In this document: piece by piece, positions 49,620 to 60,414 of the stretch | Layout of the letters: each line of letters begins with the position of its first letter | Position numbering within the stretch: position 1 is the stretch's first letter | Source: Antechinus flavipes | Lineage: Eukaryota | Reading direction: 5' to 3' | Assembly: GCF_016432865.1 (NCBI RefSeq) | Contig: NC_067398.1 | Span: 55,676,001-55,740,000, forward strand | DNA: 64,000 bases | Program-made: the position numbers and the translations under genes | The notes under the pieces: generated by a model | The model's database searches: none | What the model was told of the DNA's origin: nothing | What the model saw: the letters and a program-made list of their open reading frames with translations, nothing else

Positions 49620-50290
49620 GGAGGGGCTACAGATTGGATGACAGATTCAGGATTCAAAGGCAGAAACAACAGAAACTAAGATGACAAAATATAATATGAA
49701 TATATATATATAGTCTTATACTGGGGTTCAAAAACACAATTTCGCAACACAAGATGGAAAAAGTGGGCTTGTGAACAGCAATTCATCTGATGAGGATCTT
49801 GGGATTTTAGAGGCTCAAGCTCCATAAGTCAACAATGTGATGATATAGCATCCAAAAAAGCTAATTATTTTAAGATGAATTGAGAGGCAGTATTCAAGTT
49901 GGGGGAGACGACATAATCCTATATATCTCTCCGAACTGGCCAGACAACATCAGCAGTATTGTGTTTAGCTCTGACCACAATATTTTAGGAAAAATATTAA
50001 TAATCTGGAAAACATCCGGAAGGCAATCAGAATCAAGAATATTAAGATCATAAAATATAAGGATCAGTTGAAGGAATAGATTTATCTTGGGAAAGAAAAG
50101 ATCTGGAGTGGGAATCCAGGGGAAGGACACGATGAACTATTCCAATTTGTTCTCCTTAGGACTTGAGGAGCAATGGGTAGGAGTTTGTAAACAGACAGAA
50201 TTTCGCCTTGATATAAGAGAAACTTCCTAATGATTCAGAAGATCCCAAAGAGTAAAGGCTGCCTCGGGAAGAAAGCAAAGATTTGAAACC
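49620..50290 (+). mobile_element. L3/CR1 3' region
   Basis: GATGACAGATTCAGGATTCAAA...CAACAATGTGATG...TTGATATAAGAGAAACTTCCTAA. Confidence 0.75.
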
Positions 50291-51407
50291 ACTTGTGAGC
50301 ATGTTTCAAAGGGGTCCTTTTTCCCACGTGGGGTGCACTAGGTGCCTTGTTAGGGCCCTTCCACATTAGAGACTAAGACTAATTCTGAGTGAAATGCAAG
50401 TAAGTTAGCTCAGAGGGATGTGGTGCCGAAGAGTAAGTTCTGCACCAGAGAATCAGGACACGCCTGCATTCTGGAACTAATGGTACCATTTCACAGGCCA
50501 TGTCATGAACCAAGAACTTGCCTTTCTGTTTACACAACTTTGAGTTTCTGTCTTTTGCTGCCTTTTGTATCTCCAAGTGCTTAACACAGTGCCTGGCACA
50601 CAGTAGGTGCTTAGCAAATGTTTATTGATTTATATAGACAGATATACATATATGTATCTACACACACACATTTATACCCAGTAACACTGTATTAACAAAT
50701 GCATAGACAGACATATATATACTATGCCAGTATTAACCTAAGTACATATTTATCAGCCTATGCACATTTAACATTCAGAGTGGTGATTCTATTTTTGTTA
50801 GCTCTTGTCTCTCCCATTCGAATACCGGCTTCATTCTGCGTATTTATTTATATGCTCGGTCTTACCTAGGGCGATCCCAGCCTATGGCACAGACTTACTG
50901 TTTGTCAGACTTGTAAAGTCCCTCCCAGCCTTGCCCAAACTTGTGGACAGACTTTTTCATCGGAGCAGTTTGAAAGGGAGGGGTAGAGGCCAGACGGGTG
51001 AGACACACCGAAGTGGAGAAGGGCCAGGGGTCAGAGTATGAAGAGGAAGGGGGGCTGCTTGGGAGCACTCACCCAGGGAACACCGGGGGTATCAAAACCA
51101 GCAAACACTGGACACGCTGTTCAGCCCGGCCTGAGCTCCTTGCGGCTTCTTGTCAGTACTTAGTGTTCGGTGGTTCTCTGACACTGTCCCCCCAGGGGTC
51201 ACTGCTGGCTCACTAAGCAACCTTCAGGAACAGTGCTGGTCAGCGCCTACCTCTTCACTGGCCCGGATCCTCGCAGCTTCCCAAGCACACTGCCTGGGCA
51301 CTGCTATTTCTGGGATTGCCTTCTCCTGTCCTCCCGGGATTCTCTCCTCCTTCCAGAGATTACTGATCTAGGCCTCTCAGCCAGGCCCCAATGTACTGGT
51401 GTCTTAC

Positions 51408-51417
51408 ATCTGTCCAT
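51408..51417 (-). CDS. Candidate first coding exon of C3orf22 (ATG GAC AGA T|gtaaga, phase 1)
   Basis: In frame with the phase-1 acceptor at 26650, giving MDRYPGIQ... and a 175-aa product. Lies under a promoter-like region. Not validated; out-of-frame ATGs lie upstream. Confidence 0.35.
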
Positions 51418-51665
51418 CCATTGACCTCCAAAGGTCCATGAACCCAAATTTCTCTTCCAAATGCTGGTACAGAGGAGACCTGGAAGGGGCTATGGAGGTC
51501 TGGAAGAAGAGGTTTGGCCTGGCGGAGTCATCTTGAGGGTTTGGCAAATTGGGGCCCACGCTTGGGCTGGAAGGTAGGAAAGTCTTGCACTGGGTCTTGC
51601 ACTGATGAGAATTTGGCTCTTGGATTGACTCAAGAGAATTCCTTAAGGAAGGGGAGCTACACTAA

Positions 51666-51767
51666 TTTATACTAAAGGAGGGAGGAACCCCTGAAGGGCT
51701 TAGCACATAAAGTCTGCCCACCTGTCATCAACCTAAGGGTGGGGCTCGAACCTGGCTGCCTAGTAAC
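51666..51767 (-). promoter_or_regulatory. Candidate minus-strand promoter (TATA, GC/CACCC box, RFX X-box-like motif)
   Basis: Minus-strand TATAAA 51666-51671; GGGTGGGGC about 51737-51746; GCTGCCTAGTAAC 51755-51767; 17 CpGs counted in 50819-51340, far denser than the CpG-poor flanks. Confidence 0.4.
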
Positions 51768-53792
51768 AGCACCCCTCCCTGTTTTCCATAATTCCCCCCC
51801 AGAGTGCAGTGTACCTCTGTGACATTTCCCTCCCTCCCCCAAAGGCTGCTTGTCATACCCAGCTTGATCCAATGTTACACAGCCAGATGGGAAAAGGGAC
51901 CACTTTTTAGACCCACCCCTACAACCTTCATCTTTAGTATCCTTCCTCTAGAAAAGTAATTCTCAGTGGCCTAATAATAAAACTCTATGTGTGCTACCTG
52001 TTCAGTCTCAATCGTTTTCTATTAGCAGAAATTAGTTGAGACCTTGGGAACTGAGGGAAAATGCTTTTCTGGGTATTCAAAGGCAGGAACTGGGAAAGTT
52101 GACTTGGGAAGGGAGTCACTGAATCTATCATGATTATGCTCAATAAATATTTTATTGAATGAACTGGAAGGAACCTTAGAAGCTGAAGCCTGCTTGTTTT
52201 ATGGATGGAAAGACAGAGGCCCACTGTGATGAATTCCACAAGGCTACACTGCTAGTGTATGGCAAAGCAGGGACCCAGGTCTTCCGAGTCAGCATTGCAG
52301 GGTATTAATGCTGGAAGGTGTCTTCAGAGATCACTGGAGTCCAGACTCTTCATTTTAGAGATGAAATAAACCAAAACTCAGAGAAGTGATTTGACCTGTG
52401 TTCACACTGCTCCTAAGAAACAAAGGATACAAGCCCATGTCTTTTGATCCCACATCCTGTGCTCTGCTCACTATGCCCCTGCCTCCAAACCCAGCAACAC
52501 CGTAAGGGTCTGGCTTGGCTGAGGAAGCTGGGAATATGGTTTAGTTCTAAATAGCCCATCTTGGAAATGCAGGAGGACAGCTGCAAGAAGAGTCTTTTCC
52601 TTCCTCCATTCAGGCCATTTTGCTAATATCTTCCCAGTGAAGGAGAAAAAACGGGCTTGTGGAGAGGGCACCCTCAAACTTAACAGTTCAACGTCCTACA
52701 TTACAAGCCGTGGAACAAAGACATATACAAAAGTGGTTCCTATTTGCATGAAGAGCCTGGTCCCTAACTGGGGAAAAAATTCTCCATAGAAAAAAGATCT
52801 TTACAAACACATGTCAATTTTTACAATAGCTAGTAATTATGTTATCTAACTTGATCTTACTAAGTTTGTGAGGTCCTATTATCCTAATTTCAGTGGGGTC
52901 AGACTGAGAAATTAGACTTGCCTAATTAAGGCAGAATTTGAATTTGGATCTTCCCGAGTCCTCACAACCTATCCACTATGGCACCTGACTGCCATTATAA
53001 TAATCTCATAGGGGAGATGATGAGGGCTGATTTCATCAGGAAAGGTTCATTGAGAAGATGGTACCTGAGATTACAAGAATAGTGGAGAATGGAAGAAAAG
53101 GGAACGAAACTTTCAAGGCAGAGCTGGAAAGCCAGCCTATTCAGGGCACGTGCCTGATTAAGACACTGGACTCAAGGAGTGTCAGCAGAAAAAGTGCCCA
53201 CAGAAATGACTTGGGGTCATTACTGAGGCTACAGGTTTAAAGCAGATTTTTCTGGCAGCCAGGATTGTGCAGAGGTGTAGAAGTCCATAATAACTCCAGT
53301 TACAAGTCAATACTTGTAGCTAGAAGGTGGCAGGGGTACAATGGAGAGTGCTATATTTAGAATAGTGAATGAGTCCCAAGACCCAAGTTCAAATCCCATC
53401 TCAACACTGAAGAGCCACCTCTTCCCTGTGTCTGTCCTCTGCAAAACGAGGACACTGACCTAGATGACCTTTCTGGTTCTTCCCAACTATAACTCTTTGA
53501 TCCTATGAACACTACAGGCTCTGAGAAAAGGTTGGAAGCTGGTTATGGAAAGGAATGTGATAACAAGTTTTCTATGGAATCATCATAATCCACTTAAGCT
53601 TTTCTGAAGATTAAAAGTTCTTTTCAAAATGTGCCTTTCTTTGAAGCAGTCAGAAGATGCAGTGTTGAACTGTGTGAGCCTGGTATCACTTAACCTCTTA
53701 CTCAGTTTCTTCTTCTGTAAAGTGTGGATAAGAGTATCTATCTCCCAGGGTGGTTGTGATAATTAAATGAGATAGTTAAGTGCAAACCTTAA

Positions 53793-53984
53793 CAGGGGTC
53801 CTCAAACTATGGCCTTCGGGCCAGATGCAGCAGCTGAGGACGTTTATCCCCCTCACCCAGGGCTGTGAAATTTCTTTATTTAAAGGCCACAAAACAAAGT
53901 TTTTTGTTTTCACTATAGTCCAGTCCTCCACCAGTCTGAGGGACAGTGAACTGGCCCCCTATTTTAAAAGTTTGAGGATCCCTG
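53793..53984 (+). mobile_element. 192-bp hAT MITE, OC1/OposCharlie1-type, copy 2, nested in a MIR tail
   Basis: TIRs CAGGGGTCCTCAAACT / AGTTTGAGGATCCCTG; 8-bp TSD AACCTTAA / CATCTTAA (6/8); MIR sequence continues on both sides. Confidence 0.92.
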
Positions 53985-54064
53985 CATCTTAAAGCAGCAT
54001 GTAACTGAAAGCTCTATTATCAGGACATACTGAAAACCCCACTTATACATGTTAAATTTTGTGT

Positions 54065-54600
54065 ATTACTGATGCATTATTGGTGAAGTTGTGAACTGAT
54101 ACAGTCATTCTGGAAAGCAATCTGGAACTATGCCCAAAGAGCTATAAAACTGCATACTCTTTGATTCAGCAATACCACTGCTAAGTCTGTATCCCAAGGA
54201 GATCATAAAAGAGGGAAAAGGACCCACATGTGCAAAAATGTTTGTAGCAGCTCCTTTGCTGAATAAATTATGGCATAATGAAAGTGATGGAATATTATTG
54301 TTCTATAAAAAATGAACACTGATTTCAGAAAAGCCTGTAAGGATTTACATGAATTGATGCTGAGTGAAACAAACAGAACCAAGAAAACATTGTTTTTACA
54401 CAACAGCAAGATCAACTATGATAGACTGGGTTCTCAGTGAGCCAAGACAATTCCAATAAATTCTGGATGGAAAATGTCATCTTCCATCTAGAGAAGGAAT
54501 ATGGGGACTGAATGTGGATCAATGCATATTATTTCCACTTTTTTTTTTGTCTTGTGGTTTTTCTCTTTGGATTTTTCTTTCCCATCATGACTCACAAAGA
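54065..54600 (+). mobile_element. L1 3' end
   Basis: TTGGTGAAGTTGTGAACTGATACAGTCATTCTGGAAAGCAATCTGGAACTATGCCCAAAGAGCTATAAAACTGCATAC...; marsupial L1 ORF2 C-terminus/3' UTR pattern. Confidence 0.85.
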
Positions 54601-57600
54601 ATATTTTAAAATGTACCTAAAAAATATTAACTAAGAATTTAAGTGAATGTTCACTCTACATTTTCCTTCTGTGGTGAAAGCAATATTCTAAGTTCTTGCC
54701 CTGTGCAAGATAGATGTTTTCCTTTAACAGTATTAAAATTATCTTTGAGAATTAATTGGCTCAGGGGACAAAGGCTCATGACATTGATGCAGTTTCCTGG
54801 TCACCTGAATGCAGAAAACAGGCTGGACAGTAGGGGCCAGCAGCATGACCATCACTGGCACAAGAAATCTGGGTTTGGCTGAAACAAGCCCCTATCCTTC
54901 CCCTGCTGTGGCTAAATAAACATCCTTTCGTTAATGTTAGAAGGCAAGAGGATGTCTCATTCCATTTCAATCTCAGACCTGAAGTAACAGCTTGGAGCTC
55001 CGCAAGAAGTCATTCCTTATCGTCTCCTAATGCTGATGCCTTCTTTTAGCTATCTCCAATTCATTCTGCATATATTGTTTGTATATGGCTAGTTGCATGT
55101 TGTCTCTCCCAGGAGACTGAAGTCCTTAAAGAATGGTTTTTGGCTTTATATCTCATGTACTTAACAGTGCCTGGAACTTAGAAAGCGATTAATAATGGCT
55201 CGTTGACTTGGCTTGATCTATTATTCCCTTTTCTAGACCCTGACTCAGTAGTAGGTATCTCAAATAAATCTCTTCAAGTTGAGGAGGGGTATACTTACTC
55301 ATCTGGGCCATTTCTCATGGCAGTTTTTACCAAGGTTCAGAGAACCTGAAGCTCTAACACAGGATGATGCAGTAACAAAAAGATAGGTGAATTTATTTTA
55401 AAAGAGACATCTATGTTTCTTTTATGACAAAGACACTTGAATTGCTACAATGAAACAGTCCCAGGTTCTCTTCTAAGAAAACCAAAACAACTGCAAATTT
55501 TGGAGTACCAAGGGAGAGTTTAAACTCAACCTATGAAAATGTTTTGATCAAAACCTGAATAAGAGCTATTGCTGATCATTTACATATCTAAGTTTCTATA
55601 GAAACCCATCTGTGTTTGGCATCCATCAGATATATTCTTTAGGTAATGGTTGCCACAGCAACTGATACTCTGCAGTCTCTTCCTCAGTAATAAATGCCAG
55701 AGATGAATGTTTAAGATGTCTGCAATATATATGGACCAATGGGGTTGCCTCAGACATTTCCAAGCCTTTACTCCCAGAGGGTTTCTAGAACCTACTTGGG
55801 CTTTTCCCTAAAGGATTTGGCTCAGAAATTAGGAGACTGGGGGGGGGGGGAGGGGCAGATATGGCTAAGAATTATTCAACCATTTAGGCAAGATGAACAG
55901 TAGAGGTCATGGTTTAATTGCTATAACCATAAGCATATAAGAGAAATGTGGAGATAATACAACTGAATCCCTTTATGTCTCTAATTTCCTCTTTAGTCCC
56001 CCCTTTCCTGTTCAATACTTAATCTTATTTGGGATATTGACCATTTTCCACTAAAAAGATCAAGTCCCAAATTAGCTTCTTTTTGTAACCCAATCTATTT
56101 TCCTCCTCCCTTTGTACATTGGTAAGAAATAACCCAACCCACAGATATCCTAACCCTTTAATGAGGAGATATAATGTTAGAGAAGACTGAGCAGGAATCT
56201 ACAGATTTAACAGAGATGCCAGGATACCCAGACACACATGTACCCACCCATGTAAGAATCACCAACACCCTTAGATATGGCATCTTTACAGATTTATTCT
56301 CATAATCTTTTAAGTATGTCAATTGTTATCTCTATTTTACTACTGAGAATTGAAACCAATTTGGCTTGTCTGGTACAAGCTTTTGTTTGCTTGTCAGGGT
56401 AAACAACCAGATCTCAGCTAGATAGAAACTCATTGAAGGCAGGATGGGGGGGGGGAGAGAAACTTTCATTTTTGTTTTCATATTTTCAATGCATGGCACC
56501 TCATAGCTACTTAAATGCTTGTTGACTGGTTTCTTAGCACAACCATCCTAATAGTCATAAGGACCAACGGGTGCAAGAGGGGAATGGCTCCAACAGGAAA
56601 ACAGCTCCAATTAGTTCATATTCAACACCTAGAAATCATTTCAGTGTTATCACCTCAGCAACTCATGATTATTACTACTCTATACCTCTTGTGTACCTGG
56701 TTATAGAATCTAAATTTCAAGGAAATATTGGAATATATTTCAGTAAACAACGTGGATAGAGAATGGAACCAAAAATACAAAGTGGCCAGGATAATTTTCA
56801 GTCACATCTTTACAATAATGACAATGACTGCAAATATTAGGACCACAAAATATGCTGTCACCCCCTGGGTAGTGGTTCAAATAATGTGCTCAATTTCCTT
56901 ATGAGAACCATGTGACCAACAAAAACCATGTGGTAGGCCCAGTCTGGGGAAGATGCACTGGAAGCAGTCCCTCATATGAATCAGGTAATAAAGCAGAAAT
57001 TACAGTAAATGAAAGCCACCTATCGTACAGGCTATAGCCCATAGAATCACCAACGGCTAAATGGAAAAACAAAAAAACAAAAAAAAAATCTGTGGAATAG
57101 ACCAATGGCCTGCTTGGTTGCAGAAATGGAAACAGCAAAGACAGGATCAATTTTGGCACATGGGAATCTGTCCTCTTGATATGTGGTACAGAAGTCAGAA
57201 CAGAATGTGTATGGGGCGAGACGAGAAGGTATGTAGGCTCATGAGCCCATTATAGGGAAAATCAGTTCAAAATTAAAGTCTTGGTCTTCCCTATGCCTGG
57301 GCTAATCAGCTTTAGTAAAATCCAAAGATCTGATTACTCCACCAAGTATCAATGATGAAGGAAGACAGGAGGCATCTGTGAACTGGGAAATTCAAACACA
57401 TCACCTCTCCCATATGAGTAGTAACAGCTTCAATGAAAGAATAACGGATTTAAAGTAAATATTCTAGAATAGTGAAATGTAAATACAGCTCTGTTTTGTA
57501 AATATGCCAATTCTTCTCCAATGCCCCAAACCAAAAATAACCTGTTCCTTTATATTTTATCTACTTCATTCTTATGAATGAAGATTTTACTACTAGATTG

Positions 57601-58602
57601 TAAAGTCATTGAAGATGGAGACAAAAAATTAAAATCCTTTTAAATGCACCCAGCTGTAGTATCATGGCTCAGTGAATGTGTCCTCATTGTGAGTTGAATA
57701 AGTCAAGGTGATCTCACTCTGTTTATCAGGGATTAGAGCTAAACTCCCCCCACCCTTTTATCTAGTACATCTTCCAGAGCATTAAGGCTTAGAGTCACAG
57801 TCTGATTCTGTTGCAAGTTAAACAGGTCATGTACACACTTTTTAAAATCAACCCAGGTTTCTAGTGAACATACTGCCTAAGGTCATACCACTTAAAGCAG
57901 AAATCACAAGCCAAGCAAGGCCTAGATCAGTACTGCTCAGAGACCTCCAAGGATGATCTAATTTAATAGCCTGTGCTCATTAATACCATGCAGAGGGAAT
58001 GTAGAGCTGAGAGATGTGTGCTTTCCTTCAGATGACAATTCAGGGTAAGATGTCCCAGCATGCTGCAGTGAGCAGGTGCACTGACTGCAATTCATGAGCT
58101 CCATTCCATGTGCAATACCTACCTCATGTTACTTCTTATTTGAAGATAAAGATTTACATCAACTTTGAAAATAAGTATACATTTATGTATACGCTACATT
58201 TCTTTCTCCGAGAGGCTTCTTTCCCAGTAAAGTATTATAAATAAAAATAAAAAAAAAAAACATGTCAGAGATGAGGAATTAGTCCCCCATCATATTCCAT
58301 ACTAATCTGAACAAGAAGAAGGGAGAAGGAAGAAAAGGGGGAAAGCTTGAAAGGGCACTGAACCACTTGTAAGTGGGAGTGCAGGGCTAAGATTTCCAAA
58401 AGAGACCATAATTTAAAATGTTTCTCCCTCTCTACCCTTCTCTTATTCACTTCTTGAAGACAAAATCCACCAGGCCTTTTCCTGAGGGGAAACAGTCCAT
58501 ATATATGAATGTTATATGCTCTGCTAAAGAACTAAATTCAAACATATATAATCTCTTTTCTAGCCTCTTACCCGACAGTTCTGATGTGCCAACAGACCAG
58601 AA

Positions 58603-59219
58603 TTTATTAAGTTTCATGCATATTTACTTTTAGATGTAGAATTAAGGCATCCACACGGACAGTCTACTAATTTATTGACCACTAATGCACTTTTGCCACA
58701 GATCTAAATTCAGTTCCATACCTATCCACCTATATATAAAAAGCTGTCTAACCCTCCCTCGAAAATAATGGTACCAGACTAATTGGCTATTGTAGTCATT
58801 AAAAGTCCAGTTGCATCCAGATCAGTGGTAATAAAATCATTTAGAATCTGAAATCCACATCAATGTTTTCGACAATCCAAATGAAATTTCATACCACTTA
58901 TAGCTGTTCATTTATTGAACCTAGATTTCATAATACATTGTGGATTAAACAGTTAAAAACCATTTGAAATTACTTAAATTTCACATAATACAAAATTGGA
59001 AACAGTCTTGTAATTTTATTCTTTGGACCAGAGTGAAAAAAAATGCAAGCATTTCCCCCCCTGAGGTGAGAAACTTTCTCTTACTAGAGAGAATACCATA
59101 GGGAAAAATAGCCTCAGGTGTGTTAATGATAGAAGGAAATGCATGAGTGAGAGAAAATCATGAGTCAAGCCTCTAAAAGGGTGGGAGATAAAATGCACTC
59201 CCAGAGAAAATGGTTTATT
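58603..59219 (-). terminator. Cluster of candidate TXNRD3 poly(A) signals
   Basis: Minus-strand AATAAA at 59214-59219, 59015-59020, 58911-58916, 58671-58676 and 58603-58608; which is used is unknown. Confidence 0.5.
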
Positions 59220-59687
59220 GAGAACATTACCTAGACAATGTGGAGCATTGTCTGAGGCTACAGCCTAGCTCAATCTCTGTTGTGCCAAAGGGCAAACAAA
59301 CAAGAATGAGAAGCATTCGTATGCTACTTAACAATTTGATCACAAACCGCCAGGCAAAAAATCCTCTGAGTAGTACAGAATTTTTATGGCAACCCACGCA
59401 CTCAAGCAAACCTACTGTATATCTGAACACCTTATCAGAAATATTTCCATTTCCAAGTCCAATTCATAAGAGACCCGCTGTGAATTCTAGGTTGATCTGT
59501 TAAAATAGTGCAGTTTGACAATCAACTTTACTTCTGGGTAAAGTTTTTATACAAATAACAAAGTAGAGGGACAAACATGTTGGTAACTGGGGCAAGTTAA
59601 CTGTGGCTAATTGTGCAACTCACGAGTTCCTTCAGGACTTCGGTCATCTAAACTGGAAAGGGAGGAGTCCTGACTTGCAAGGGAATC

Positions 59688-59734
59688 ATCAGTCGTAGCT
59701 CACCTCACAATAGGGTTCTGAGCTAGGACGTCAA
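59688..59734 (-). promoter_or_regulatory. SECIS element (form 2) of TXNRD3
   Basis: RNA: U-UGAC / GUCCUAGCUCA / GAAC CCU-AUUGUG-AGG / UGAGCUACGAC / UGAU. Tandem G.A quartet, 11-bp helix II with one C.C mismatch, unpaired AA and mini-stem; about 235 nt 3' of the in-frame UGA. Confidence 0.92.
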
Positions 59735-59961
59735 GAAAGCAGAATCACTGCTTTTCCAAGAAAGTCAAGATTTCTTAGGCAAATACCCTGCTGCTATGCC
59801 ATTTTCCTTGTTGATGATCTTTCCTATAACAACCAAAGAAAAGGTTTGTATCTTTTCTGAGCACTAACAAATTTGCTCTGTGTCTCTTTTACCTGAGCAT
59901 ATTTAGTTTTTTAAGTCTGAGAAAAGTATACATAACAAGGAAAACTATAAAGCAGCAGGGT

Positions 59962-60030
59962 CTAAGCTCAGCAACCTTTCTGAGAGATACTCAGACCTGA
60001 TGACTTTGTAATTTCCATAGTTGTGAAGAT
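59962..60030 (-). CDS. TXNRD3: Thioredoxin reductase 3 (TGR), last coding exon with Sec codon
   Basis: ttctttcttttaacag|ATC...; encodes IFTTMEITKSSGLSISQKGC-U-A-stop (TGA 59968-59970, TAG 59962-59964), versus recalled human VFTTLEITKSSGLDITQKGCUG. Confidence 0.96.
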
Positions 60031-60177
60031 CTGTTAAAAGAAAGAAAGAAAATAAGATATGGGTATTGTTGGTATTTTAACTTTGACAATAAAAATTACA
60101 TTTGTTGTGTCTCTCAAAAAACACCTGCTGCTAGCAGATAAAGCAATTATTCTATTTTTTTGATATTTAATCAGCTA

Positions 60178-60414
<237 letters not shown>

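Noticed and set aside
58236-58260. Plus-strand AATAAA followed by an A run, as a retrocopy tail or convergent gene end
   Set aside because: No upstream coding or repeat body and no TSD identified; compatible with a simple A-rich tract.
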